Below the pieces are notes generated by a model. It saw only the letters and a list, made by a program, of their open reading frames with translations. It was not told the DNA's origin and made no database searches. Source: Amoebophrya sp. A120 (taxonomy: Eukaryota > Protista > Dinoflagellata). From it: DNA of 64,000 nucleotides. The DNA is taken from contig CAJINV010000004.1 in the NCBI GenBank assembly GCA_905178155.1, positions 3,753,320 to 3,817,319 on the forward strand, read 5' to 3'. A program made the position numbers and the translations under genes. Below, piece by piece: positions 24,251 to 37,100 of this stretch (the stretch's first letter is position 1; every line of letters starts with the position of its first letter).

Positions 24251-27200
24251 ATGTCCGTTTCCACCAAGTCGGCCCGCTCCGCCTTCACGCACGAATTTCC
24301 CCATTGGGAAGACCACCCCCTGGACGCCTTTCCGAACACCCGGCTAAACAGTTTGATCGAGGAGTGGTGCTGGCAGGAAAAAGTCGGCTCCTGGGTGTTC
24401 AACTGCAATGCTAAGAGCAAAAATGGACCAGAAACTTCTACAGCCTCAACGCCAAAAATTCGCCTGGACAACGACGCGCTGCTGTACATTTGCAAGTACC
24501 TGTTCGTGCGGAAATTGAAAATCTGTAAACGGTACCCCCGGAACTTCGCCGAATTTGAGGACTTGCGGAAAAAGTCGTACTTTTTCGCGAACGCGGACAA
24601 ATGCCAGCCGACGCCGATTGTCGGTATAGAAACAGCGTACTTTGATTCCTAAGTGTAACAATGTGCGAAGATGACGTGGCACCACTTCGAGTACCGACGC
24701 GGCGAGAAGTTTCCTACACAGCCTATAGTGCCATATGTGCGTCGAAAAATGTCAGGAAGACAAGTACACGTCGAAAAATTCACTTTACTTAGGTTCCCGG
24801 AGCAAGCATCACCTGCAGTTTGGCCAGAACCTAAAATACATCGCTGGACAGGCGAACGTATCCACTGCAAAAGCAACATCGCACTCATAGTAAATGCACC
24901 GCGCAAACTACAATTTCGCCAAAGTAGAAACTCGAACTTGCCATGCAAAATCAGATAGCAAAAGCAAAATCTTTCTGTCATGCATGTTAGCACGACCACG
25001 AGCAGTGCGATACTTTTGCAGTGGATAGAGCGACTGGGTTTTCTTTACGGGGGATTATAGTCAAGTCGTGTTCTTCGAGGACTTCAAATTTGAGGACAAC
25101 GATGTGGGCGATCTCGGCATGTGCCACCTGGCGGACTTTTTGGTCATGTCCAACGTTTTGGTCCGGAACTTGCGGTTTTTCAAAAACAAAGTCGGGGAGC
25201 TCGGCGCGGTCGCCATGGCGGGGTATCTGCAAAAGGCGCCAGTGCACGAGTTCCACGCATCCCACAATTTCATCCCCCGCCTTGGGTGCATGGCGTTGGT
25301 TGTTGCCGCCGCTAGTAACCCACACTACCCGCTTTGCTTCCCGGAATACTACAAGTGGCAATTGCAGCAAGGCAGGGGCAGCAGCAGCAGGAGTTCCTAC
25401 CAGCGTTACACCAACCAGACCGACCACGCCTGGCAGACCATGCGGGAAGACGGGCCGCAGCCGCGGCCGTTGTGGATGCGTTTGGAGTCGAACATCATCG
25501 AGGGGTGGACGGAGATGCGCACCATGGAAGCGGAGCGGGCGTTCCACCAGCACTGCAAGTTCGCTCATTTACTCGACCCCCGCGCCGCCATCTGCCCGGA
25601 ATTCTTGACGGAGTTGCGCGCGGCACGGTCGCGGGAGGACGACCTGATTTGCGAAATCCGGGACAAGCAAAACACCTCCTGCACGCCGAGGTTCTGCATC
25701 GGGAGTTGTCGAAGGGGGTACTGCGACCAAAAGGGAGCCTCGAAAGACGGGGTGCTGAAGCGGGGGAAAGTGGTGGATTTGGGGCAGGGACTGGGAAAAA
25801 TCAACATGATGTGGTACAAAATGCCGAAAATGCACATTTGCTACATGAACAGCAGCAAAATGGAACTTGAAAACCGGAAAAAAATCGCGCCGCCCATCGC
25901 AAAGGTATACGTATTTTTTTTTCGTAAGATTGAGTGATTGAGATTGTTGGACTTCGATCGCGATCGCAATCATGGCTTTTACAGGCAGAAACACAAGAAC
26001 GAATGATTTTTTTGTTTGTGCGATTGTATCATCACAATTTATTTTCCCAGGTTCCTTACGAAGGTCAGTTGTACCGGCACGGCTTCACGTTTTTTATGCA
26101 GCACGTTTACCAGCGGCACAACCTACCGGCTCCGAAAACCCTACAGCTCGCACTGGAACTCCCTTTAGATATTTCTCGGCGGTACTACCCGGACCTGACG
26201 CACGACGGGACCAGCGGCGCGGGCAGCCCGCGGGTGTTGGATTTGAATGTGGCCGCAGCAGCGGCCGCGATATCGTCTACTACGACTCCGCAGACGCCGG
26301 CTGGTACGGGGACAGCTTCACCTGGCGGTGTAGTAGTCAACGCCGGGGGCAAGCAAGACGTCGAGAGCAGTGGTGCTTCGGCTCCGATTGCCGGCGCACC
26401 ACAGCTTGAGCAGCGAACGGAGACGTTTGTTGAAACACCCCCGGCGGCCAACAAGGCCACCGCTGCTTCCTCCTCCTCCGCAAATAAACCCGCTTGGAAC
26501 ATGGCTTTGCTGTACCAAAAACGACCTGGAAGTAAAGACGCCGCAGCCGCGGCGCAGCAAGAAGAACTGCAGATGCAGAACGAGGAGAAAGGTCCTCGTG
26601 CAGAAAGTAGCGTGGAAGAAGATAAAAAGGAAGCACATTTTCAGCCGGTGAAGGACCAAGGGAGAGCAACCTCAGGAACTGCTTTGGGTGAAGTTGCAGG
26701 TGCAGGAGTAATCCAAAAGGAACAACTATCTAAACCTAAAAGGAAGGTTCCCATCAAAAATCCGCTCGAAACTTCATCAGACGACGAGTTGTCCCCGAAT
26801 GACGTAGGCCTAAGAACCCCGCCGAACAAAGACGAAAAAAAGAAGCACAAGTGGCACGATGACACTGAGAACTACAATTTTGACTCCGACGAAAGCTTGG
26901 ACTGGGGACGAGACCCGAATAGGAACAAGTCGAGTAAACCTCTTTCCCCCGATACAATACCGAACAAGCGAAATAAAGAGCAGCAGGAGGGTCCGCTTGT
27001 ACTAGATGCTGCAGAGCTGAAAAAGTGGAATTTGAATGTGGGCGAGAAAATAGAGCGGCCTGCTCCAATGAGTACAGCCGGGGCAGTCACGACGAAAGTT
27101 GTAACTAGTCCATCTACAACCCGGCCTGGCTTTAGCGAGCAGCGTCCGGAAGGCGTGGCTCCGACATTCAACATGCAGCAGGGAGGGAGCAGCAGCAGCA

Positions 27201-30200
27201 GGGCGCGACCGCCGCAAAACGAACTACAATCTCCGCCGCAGTTCAATAGGCAGCAAGGAGGGAGCAGCAGCAGCAGCAGAAATCCTCCTCCTTTGGCACA
27301 ACAGCAATCGCACAACTACATAGAAGTAGAAGAGGCGAAACAGCCCTCCCGAGGCCCACCTTTATTGACGAAGGAACAGTTCGAGAAAAGGGACGAGTTG
27401 CTGGCCAAGCACCGAGAAAGGGTGGAGCAGTCACGGAGATTGGGGACTACAGATCAACAGGGTTCAATATTTCAGAGTCAACAAGAAGAACGGATACGGA
27501 CAGCACAAGCAGGCCTACAGCAAAACCGGCCCGCCACCGGAGGATCAACCACGAGTAGATCTGGCTCTACTACTAGAAAACCACCGGTACTGTCATCAGC
27601 ATTTGAACCTCCATCGAGAAATATCAAAAATACACAGGGTCAAAAACAAAAACCACGAGCACAACGACCACGATTGTCCGAAGAAGAAAAAAAACAGCGC
27701 CTTGTAGATCTACAGCAGCGAATGCAAGCCTACAGAAAAAATATCCAAGACGCAACGAAATACCACCCGCAGAACATGTTTGGCTGCTGCAACCGGGACG
27801 ATTTGAATGACCCGGAGATGCCCCGAACCCGGGATGCACTCGCGAGAGAGGTGGAGGAGGCCGAAAAAAAGAACCTTACCGATCAGAAGAAGAAACTCTT
27901 AAATAACATCCGCGCGCAGCTCTTGACGCAGGTGCGGGAGAAGCGGTACTCGGCGCTGGATTTGCAGCGAGCGCAAGGGATGGCGATGAAGATGTTCGTG
28001 GAGAAATTGACGGCCGTTTTGAAAGCAGACCAGCATTTCAACGAACATTGGGATCGCTGGTTCTCCTGGATCTGTGAACATTTCTGGACCGAACTTCGGA
28101 GAATATCGCAGGAAACCTCCGGCACGAACTCCTTCGCGGGGCGCGGGTTTCAACCTTTCCGCACACTGGAATTGCTAGAATGGGAGCTCGCGGAGCGGAT
28201 CGGTACATAGTACTTACCTACAACGGTAGTAGATTGCATTTTGCAGCTGGCTCTATGTATGAGTGTATCAGTATGTGAATGTAAGTACCTATTTCGCGTC
28301 TGCTTTTGGTTACATATTAATTTCTACAGTCGGCGCGGTTGTTTTTTTAGCATCACAAAACTACTGCAACATTTGACTTGAACAAAATCATACAATCAGG
28401 TCTTTGTTTGAATCTGGATGTGGTTCCCGGTTCGGAAAGGGAGCGGATTTTTATGCCAGACATGGCGGAGAAATCGAAAAGACAGTGGATTGTGGTGACG
28501 AAGGGCTACACCGACCGCCAGAAAGGCCGCTGGATCAAGGTGCCCAACATTCCGAAAATTTGGCGGCACGTTTGGCACCACGCGGGAAACTTGAAACGCA
28601 TGGCGAAGCTCGTTGCTCCACCAAAAGAGAACAAGGACGACCCAAACAAGAAGAACCCCAATATTAGCCCTGGCGGCCCGGATCAACGAACAAAAACGCA
28701 AAGTACACCGGAAAGATACAAAGCGGCCAAGGCCAACGAACTTATCCACGCGTTTGACGACCCAGGACTCCGCATCCTGCAGCAGCACCGGCTTCAAAAG
28801 ACCCCACTGTTCCTCGGCATGGCCTCGCTTTCCAGTCCGTTGCAAGACTTGCTGTTGTGCGAGCGGGTATTTAGTGCGTGGGAAAAGAGAAAGATAGACT
28901 TGAGGAACTTTGAAGACCTGCAGGAAAACGTGTTTTGCCAGAAAATTTCGGATTTTTTCCTCACCTACCTGCTAAAAGTGGAAGCGGTTTACTACCAGAA
29001 ACTCACCCACTTCGCGCGGTTTAGAATCGAAAATAACGACCAGAAGATGATGACGTTGTTCGCGGAGAAGCACGACCTCGACGTGCCAGAATATTTGAAC
29101 AGCTTCGACGCGGAGAACGAGTTCCGAGTGCTGTTCAATGACGAAGACTACATCTACAAGCGGCTCTGTTCCTTCGAAAAATCCGTTTGTCTCAAGAACG
29201 GGTTGGATTTAACAATCGGGAGTTCCGTTTTGTCCCCTCACTACCACTATCAAAAGTAAAAAAAAATGTCTGGGTCTGGAAACTTGTGATGCTGGGTGGC
29301 GTCTCATGATGAGGCTACAGATGCTGGCTCAGCGTGACAAGTTTCTGAGCTCCTAGGTGTTGCCTATTCTGCATGACAAACTGCGCTTCTGCATCACAGA
29401 AAAGCGGAGCTCTTGGGTAACGTGCATGACAGATTTAAGAGTCATGTCAGACAAGCATGACAAACGTGAATTCTTCCAGACCCAGACACTTTTACAGTTG
29501 ATAACCACGTGGAGGCAGTGGAAAACTACGCGGTGCGCGCGGCGATTCTGTTTCGGATATCAAATGTAAAAATGTCTGGGTCTGGAAGATTGCCAGGTTT
29601 GTCATGCACGTTTTGCATGACTCCTGAACTGATGTCTGTGATGCATGCCCTAGCATAACAGATTTTGTGAGGGCTTCCTGATGCCTATACCGCATGACAA
29701 ATGCTCTTTCCGTGTGGCAAAACTTGGACTCTCTTTGCTGCTCATGCCATACAGATTTTTTTACAATCCAAAATCAGCATGACAAGTTGGATTCTTCCAG
29801 ACCCAGACATTTTTACAGTTGATATCGGAAGTTTCTGAATTCTTGGCTGAAACTGTTGGAGGAGTTTGTCGTGCAGAATCCGGTATCCTGTGCAGAAGTA
29901 TCGTACTCGTAGTAATCCTATTCATGCATTACAGATTTTTTTCTCAAGTTAAATCCGCATGACAAATTCCATTTCTAATGCTAAGAAAATTTGTAATGCA
30001 GTTTATACTAGTACGATGCTTTTGCACAGGATATCCGGGCAAATTACCGGGAAGAAACAAAACCAGGCTGCACCACCCGGTGGGGCTGTTTGACGCGAAG
30101 ATGTTTTTGTCGCATGAGACGCTGGAAAAGATAGCACAGCTTTTTCGAAGATTGCTCGTGTTGGAGATAAAGGGGCGTCCTGAAAAACAGGGGCTGGAAC

Positions 30201-32965
30201 AAAACCGCCGAGATGAGACTGACGCCAAAAGTGGTTTTGCAGGAATACGCGGGGTGGAGCAACAGGATAAGGATAAAAAAGCTGCCGCTGCTTCCAGCAA
30301 AAGGGCTTCTCCCAAGTTTGACGACGGGGACACCGACCCGAACGGCACTAACCGTGGGATGGATCCTACTTCAGCGACACAGTCCGCCGCCGCGCGAAGA
30401 CCCCGTCCCCCTCTCCGCGTGCAGTATGAAAAGGCGAAAAAAGTGGAGCAGCAAGCGGGGGAGGTGTGTTTGCAACGTGGCGTCCTCACTGAGGAGAACC
30501 TGCAGGATTTGCACCGGGCCTGGGTCGCGAAAAACAAGGCGCGCCGGGACGTCGTCGCTCTACTTGCGCGGTGGAGTGGGTCGTCGTCGGGGTCCAAGAT
30601 GGATGTTGGCGGCACAAAAGGGCCAGAACGTCAAGAACCATGTCCGAAAATCGCGCAAAGGAACTATTGGCACGCTATCGAGACGGGAAACGCATACCAA
30701 CGCCTATTTCAGTGGGTCCAGAGACAGGCCCCGGTGTACGCCGCAAAGCGGAGACGCTTCGAGCAGGTAGAATTTATGATATGGAGATCTATTTTTATAC
30801 CATTTCGTATTTTTATCATGTTATAGAACGTCAACGTAGGCACCATGACGTGAGAATGGTTATGCCACTGACGAATGAACAAAAAAATCAAAATGAAATC
30901 GCAGGTCTGCGACGAAATTGATGCGGTAAAAGAAGAGTTCATTGACGTGATCCTCGAAGCGCAAACGTACGACTTTGGCTTTACCATTCCCACTGTCCCA
31001 CGCTGGGAGCACTATAGCACAAAAAGGAATAAAAATGATGCTGGCAACAGCACAACTTCTAGAAGTACTACTACACCAAGGCCGGTCGTGCCGCCGTTTT
31101 GCGTTGCGGAACTCTTTGCGAAGGTGGAAAAGTCGGAACTGGACAAAACCCTTTTGGATGCCATCAAGGACTTGTTTCAAGACGTCCAGCGGGTAAAGCA
31201 GGCACGAGGCATGTACGAAGCGGAAATAGTGAAACTAAAGAACAAGTTTCATTTTTCGCAGGAACTACCACTACTTCCAAAAAGCACGACTGCTCAGAAC
31301 AAGACGAGCACGCCGGTGTTGGAGAAAGAAGTAGAAAAAGGGACTGCTTGTAGTTCATCTACAAATTCAAATTCGCTCCTCGCTCCACCGAGAATACTCC
31401 GGGCCGAAGGACCACTTTCCTCAGAGGCGGAAACCGAGCTGTTAAAAACCGTGAAGTTGGAATCTCCACTGGCGTTTCCCCTCGGATGTTTGGACGGCCG
31501 AGGCGAAGCTGTGACGGACGCCGGAGATCAGCAGCAGGATTTGATCGCCATGAACAAGAAAGCGCTGGATTTAGCGGCAAATCTCCCGTTTTTATTTCTT
31601 CCGAAACTTGGGACGCCGATGGCGATTTCGTGCGGAGAAAACGACGGATTCGTGGCGGATAGCTGTTCAGAGTTTATTATTCCGCAAATGATCAACGTTG
31701 TCGCACAAGAACAGGGGAATAAGCGCGGTCTTTATGATCCGAACAAAAACTACAGCAATAACAATAAAATTATTTCGGAGACGCAGAAACGGCTTCTGGA
31801 GACCCAGGGCTACCGCAAAGTTATGTTTGCCGAAGATCCAGCAAGTTCTAGTAATACAACTGAAGAAGGAGAAAAAGCTGAGTCAGAACCTGAACCGAAA
31901 CCGAGCGGGACGACGAGGGATAGTGCAACAACGAAACAGAAGCCTCCCGTCGAGTGCTTTCTTCACGAACAAGCCCCGAATTTGTGGCCGAACCTCTGTA
32001 TCCGAACGGACGAAGAAACTGGGGAAGAGTACTTTGAGGCCGACCCGCCCGTGGATCAGCCGGACGGGAGCCGGTCGCTCGCGCCGGTCCGCGGTAACCA
32101 GCTGCGCAAAGACATGACGGAAAAAGAAATCGAAAAGATGTTCTTTGACCGCGGGTTTTTTACACTGCCGCCCATGACAAATTCTAGAAGCTCATTGTCG
32201 ATGAAAATGATGAAGAAAATCTTAACGAAAGAAGACCACGAAATGCGACTCCAGGCATTTTCGTTGCAGCAAAAGAATTCTAGCACACCGGAAAAATTGT
32301 CGGCGGAACGGAAGGAAATCATGCGAAAGTTGATCGGGGTGAGCAAAATTTTTCCGCGGTGGATACTTGAGAACATCCCGAAAGTAAAAGCCCGCTGGGA
32401 GGAGAAGCGGGAGATCTTCGAGAAGGTGACACAACAAAATTTGCAGTACCAAAAATCTTTGGCAGCGGAGCAGAAAAGCGAAGTAGAAAAACAAAATGAC
32501 GCAAATAGTTCCGACAACAAAGAGGACGAGGACAGCAGGATGAAAAAAGCCCCGCTCTTCACACACAAGTCCCTCAATCCGGAGTTGGAGCGGCCTGCGC
32601 AGCATCTGTACCCAAACCACACTTTCGTGAAGCTGGAACCGACTTTGGTCGACTTTTTGCTTTCTGCGAGCAATAAATCGACCGAGGAGAAGGAGATGAG
32701 AGAGCGGCAAAAACTATTAACGGAAACAGCAGCGGTCACACCCCACCAGCCGCACGAGGTACTAGGAACAACTACACAACAAACAGAAGTTCTGCCAGCA
32801 GCTTCAGTTGGTGTACAAGAACTAGCAGACATCTTAACCGAACCAAATTGGACGGGCGTGCCAGATTGCTCCAGCGAAAGCGACTTGGAAGGAAGAGAAT
32901 GGGACGAGGACAGAGCAGATTCGCCGGATACGTTCTTCACCAGCAGCGACGCCAGCAGCATCTAG
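24251..32965 (+). CDS. Very large multi-exon protein with an N-terminal RNI-like leucine-rich-repeat region and long low-complexity regions
   Basis: LRR-like motifs FEDNDVGDLGMCHLADFL, FFKNKVGELGAVAMAGYL, ASHNFIPRLGCMAL. ORFs are joined in phase by GT-AG introns (~25905-26051, ~28203-28399, ~30767-30905) and four introners. The 5' exon joins near 24620-24818 are uncertain. Confidence 0.7.
24859..25027. mobile_element. Family B-like introner (169 bp), imperfect DR gaacg/gagcg
   Basis: tatccactgcaaaagc ... gatacttttgcagtggata; removal plus 5 nt gives IAGQAN|DWVFFTG in frame with the LRR exon. Confidence 0.8.
29248..29503. mobile_element. Family A introner (256 bp), DR accac
   Basis: A-type TIRs, perfect DR; frame restored (PHYH|VEAVENY). 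Confidence 0.9.
29558..29824. mobile_element. Family A introner (267 bp), DR tcgga
   Basis: A-type TIRs, perfect DR; frame restored (ILFR|KFLNSW). Confidence 0.92.
29884..30033. mobile_element. Family B introner (150 bp), DR tccgg
   Basis: tatcctgtgcagaagtatcgtac ... gtacgatgcttttgcacaggata; frame restored (QNP|GKLPG). Confidence 0.92.
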
Positions 32966-34125
32966 CTCGTGCTCGGTCACGGTCACGGCCGGTGAAGATT
33001 TTTCTTGAGCACCATCTTGGTAAACGTAAAGACAAGCGAGTCCTTGTGTACAACTTGTTCGTACCTGAACCCTTTACGTAGCGAAGAAAACGTCGAGACG
33101 AGAAAAGGATACAAGAACGAGTCTAGCCCTAGAAGTGCCTACATTATATCCACCCCATATCGATAAAGTTCCACAACGGACGACGACGACGACCTGTATA
33201 AAGAAAAATTTTGCCAGTAACACCAGTAGCGACATTTTGCTTTCACGACGAAAAACCAAAGTAGACATGTGTTTCGACTTCATCCCCATCCGTATCGACA
33301 GAAGACGTAATTTATGATTTTTGCATGTTGCACTTGCTTCCGCACCTTCTCGTCTTCGAAACGGTTCTCTTTCATATCCTCGGTTTTACAGTACAATAGA
33401 AATTCAAGTATCCATTTCATCTTACCTTGCTATTCCTTGTAGCAGGCAGGCTGCTGTTTCGCCTACCATTCCTACTTCGGTATATCCCGTCTTCAGGGAA
33501 GCTTCGTTTGATCTCGAGTAAAACATTCAAACTGTGTTTTCTCCTGAAGCAGTGTTTGTTTTGTTGTTTACTTCTTCATTTTACGACGGCTCTACTTCTG
33601 CTTGTTGTGCTTTCCGTTCGGTTTGTTTCGGACAACTCCGACTTTCCTGTGCGTGTCGTGTTCGGCTGGCACCATGCTGCGCTTTTCCCCGACATAACCG
33701 CAGCCTCTACAAAGCATACGCAAGCCGTCGAATCACGACCTAACCCTGAGAGATGATACTTTCTGAATCTGCTCCGACATAACACGGCAAGTGGTCAGCA
33801 CAACGCGGAGTTGACCTCCACCGCGAGAAATGGACCTTTCCCGAAAAAGCAGCCAAAAGATAGCCGGCACAAGCAATCATGAGTCTGATTGTGGTATTAA
33901 GTACTTGAGCAGGAGGTTTTGATACTTCATAGTGCGACTTGGGTTTTATTTTCCTCCTCCCTTTCTCCTCTGTCTCTGTGCTGCGGCCTCCTGCAATACA
34001 TAGCCCGAGCTATGGAAGTTCCTACTTGCAGATTTTTTGGTTTCTTTCCGTGAAAGAACCACGAGAGTGTTGAGGCACCGTCGTTTCAGGCTGAGAGCTA
34101 CGGCCGCAACATCTTTTTTCAAAAG

Positions 34126-37100
34126 ATGGCAGCAGTCACCGCGAACACTGCTCCCACCTCCACGAAGCCGGCCGCGGCACTGGTGCCGCAGGTCGGCGGA
34201 CAGACACAGACGCACCAGCAACCGAGCGCGGCGGCCAACATCGGTGCGCCGCAAGTTGTAGGCACATCCATCGGACCCGGCGCGCACGTGCGCAGGAACC
34301 AGCTGCAGACAATTTCGCCCGCCATGCAGTACCGCAGTACTACGCACAACCGCGTGGGCAGCGCCATGACGCGCCGGTTGTCGCCCACCGCGCTGGTACA
34401 ACTGAGCCCGCGGAGCTTCGGGATCCGCAGTGCCGTTATCGGTAGTGCTGCGACGGCGAGAACGACTACAACGGCGGCGGGGTTGCAGAGCCAAATGAAC
34501 GCCGCCGGCGGAGGAGCTTCCACAGCAGGTAGCCTCTGTATGACTGTTTCGGTTTTTTTCGAAGTCTTGAACAAACCAAGAAACTTAGAGTGCCCTGAGG
34601 CTGAATCTGAAATAAAGGTATAGAAACAGCAAAAGCAGGTAACGAACCGTCGGCAATATTAAAGGAGAACACCACGACGACGACGTCCACAGCCATGCCG
34701 GCTGGCACGACAGCACCCCCTAGTACAACTACGACCTCGTCGGGGTTGCTGCACACCAAATCCACGAAACATCTGTACGGTGGCAACCAGCTCGGGCTGC
34801 CACCTTCTGCGCGGTTTCGCTCCATGTCGCCCACCGGGTTGCTGCGTGCCGGGTTGGGACCCACAAACACCAGCAATTTCACATTTCAACCTACCGCTTT
34901 GTCGAAACCCACGACTACCGCTGGTACAACAACGACGGACCACGCGCAAATAAAGGCTGCGACCGTTGCGAGGATCGCCAACGCCGCGCGGCCGCCCAGC
35001 GGAACCAGTAGTGGTGCAGCTCCTGCGACGGCGACGACGAGCGGAGCAGGTGTAGCAAATGCCGCAGGAACTGGAGGTATTAAAACGGGGAACAAGAGTA
35101 CTGTTTCGTCTACTGCAGGAACGCCAATGGGGGAAACAGTGAACAACCCCTATCAAATGTAAAAATGTCTGGGTCTGGAAGATTCTGACACTTGTCATGC
35201 ACGTTTTGCATGAGCCATGACGTCTGTGATGCATACCCTAGCAATACAGATTTCTTGAGGGCTTCTTGATGCCTATTCCGCATGGCAAATGCCTGCTCAG
35301 CGTAGCAAAAATTGCATTCCCTTTGGTACTCATGCAATACAGATTTTTTTGGAATCTAAATGCAGCATCACAAGTTGCATTCTTCCAGACCCAGACATTT
35401 TTACATTTGATAACCCCGGTGTGTTGACGACGGCGACGTCCACCACGACTGAGCAGCTGCGCCAACTGATTGGCGCGCCACCGTCATCATCCTCTGCCAC
35501 CCGGTTACTCAAAGACGGCTCGCTGGAACGAAGAAACTTCCAGTTCAAAACGCAAGCGATGTATCCGCTGCAAAAGTAATTTATATTGCACTCATAGTAA
35601 TTGTATTCTGCGATTGTCACAGACACAGTCAGTGAAGATGTTGACAATTCTCACACTTGTTTACCAACGTGGTTCAGAACTGAACTTTTCTGTTTGAAAA
35701 ATATACAAACATATTTGTAGTGCAATTACTACCGGAAGAGCAAGAGGTACAAAAATACTCTTGCAAAAATGCATACGATGCTGCAAGGCGGAGCAACCAC
35801 CTCGTCCAAAGCAGCGAACCACAGCCGGCGGCAGTCTTTCTCGGTTGCCAGCGTCGAGCACTGGAAGCAGCAAGGGACGGCTGGTGTTGCTTCGACTAAA
35901 AAGTTAACACCGACAGAACAACTACAGGGTGGAGCTGCTGCAGGTGTACCCCTAGTGCCCGCGGGATCTACTGCAAGTTCGACATCGGGAAATAAAGGAG
36001 GTGCTGTTGAGCAACAAGACAAAACGTCAGAACAACATCAAACACCCGCGGCGACAAGCAGGAACAGCAGCAGGGCCAGCGCTCTTATAGCCGCGGCGGC
36101 GAACGCCACAGCAAAGTTTTTCTCTCCGCAAAGCCGAGCGGGCTTTAATATCGCACGAGCTAGCGCGGCAAGTGCAACTGGATCTGGAACAATTGCCGCT
36201 GCTGGAAAAATTACCGCTGGCGAAACTTCTACTTCCGGAACGGCGACTGGTGGGACGAGCACGCGCGCGGCCTCGTCTAGTTCCTCTAGTTCCACCGCAG
36301 CTGCAGGAGAACAAGGGGACAATAGTACGAAGTCGCAACCTGCCCACTCCGTGGACGCCTTGGTGGCGCAGGCGGTGCAAAAGGTGGACTCCCGGGTCGG
36401 CTCAAAAACGGGCAGTGGCTCCGCGGGGGTCAGTCCGCAACACGCAAACAGTGCTCGGACGTCGAGTGGGCAGCTGCTCCGGGGCGCGGCCATCACCAAT
36501 TCCGGCCTGTTCGGCAAAAATACCAGCTCGGCCTCCTCTCTCCTTCAGTTTCACAGCCCCACCGGGCCGACGGGGCCCGATAACATTAGCACAGGTGGAC
36601 CACTTCTACAAGCCGGAACAAGTGCAGGTGCCCCGACCCGTGGGAGACAGCCGTTTGGCATTCGGAACCAGAGCCCGCGGGGCGGCATCGGGAAGTTTTC
36701 GGTCTCCCCGGAGAAGTTTGTGTCTCTGTCGCCCTTCAAGCACGGGTTTCTCGGCTTTGGCGTCAGTCCCCGCGGCCCCCAGAGTCGAACGTCGGCAGCT
36801 GGGTCCCCGGGCATGGACGGAAAAAATTTGGGCAGCGCTGGTGCTGCCGTGGTAGCCGCAGCGGTTGCAGGAAGTGGAAGTGGAAGTGCATCGTCTTCTT
36901 CCAGTGCGACCGGAGCACCACAAAACACGACCCCCGCGACAACTGGTGTTAAAAATAGTACCGGAGCTGCTCCTGCAGGGGGCCCCGCAGTGGGCAACCC
37001 GATCCCACCGCTGCACCCCTCGAGTTTGACCTCGCCTGCAGACAGTGCTCTGCCGCAGATCGCGCTGGAGTCCAAGTTCGCGGCCACGCAAAACTTCTAT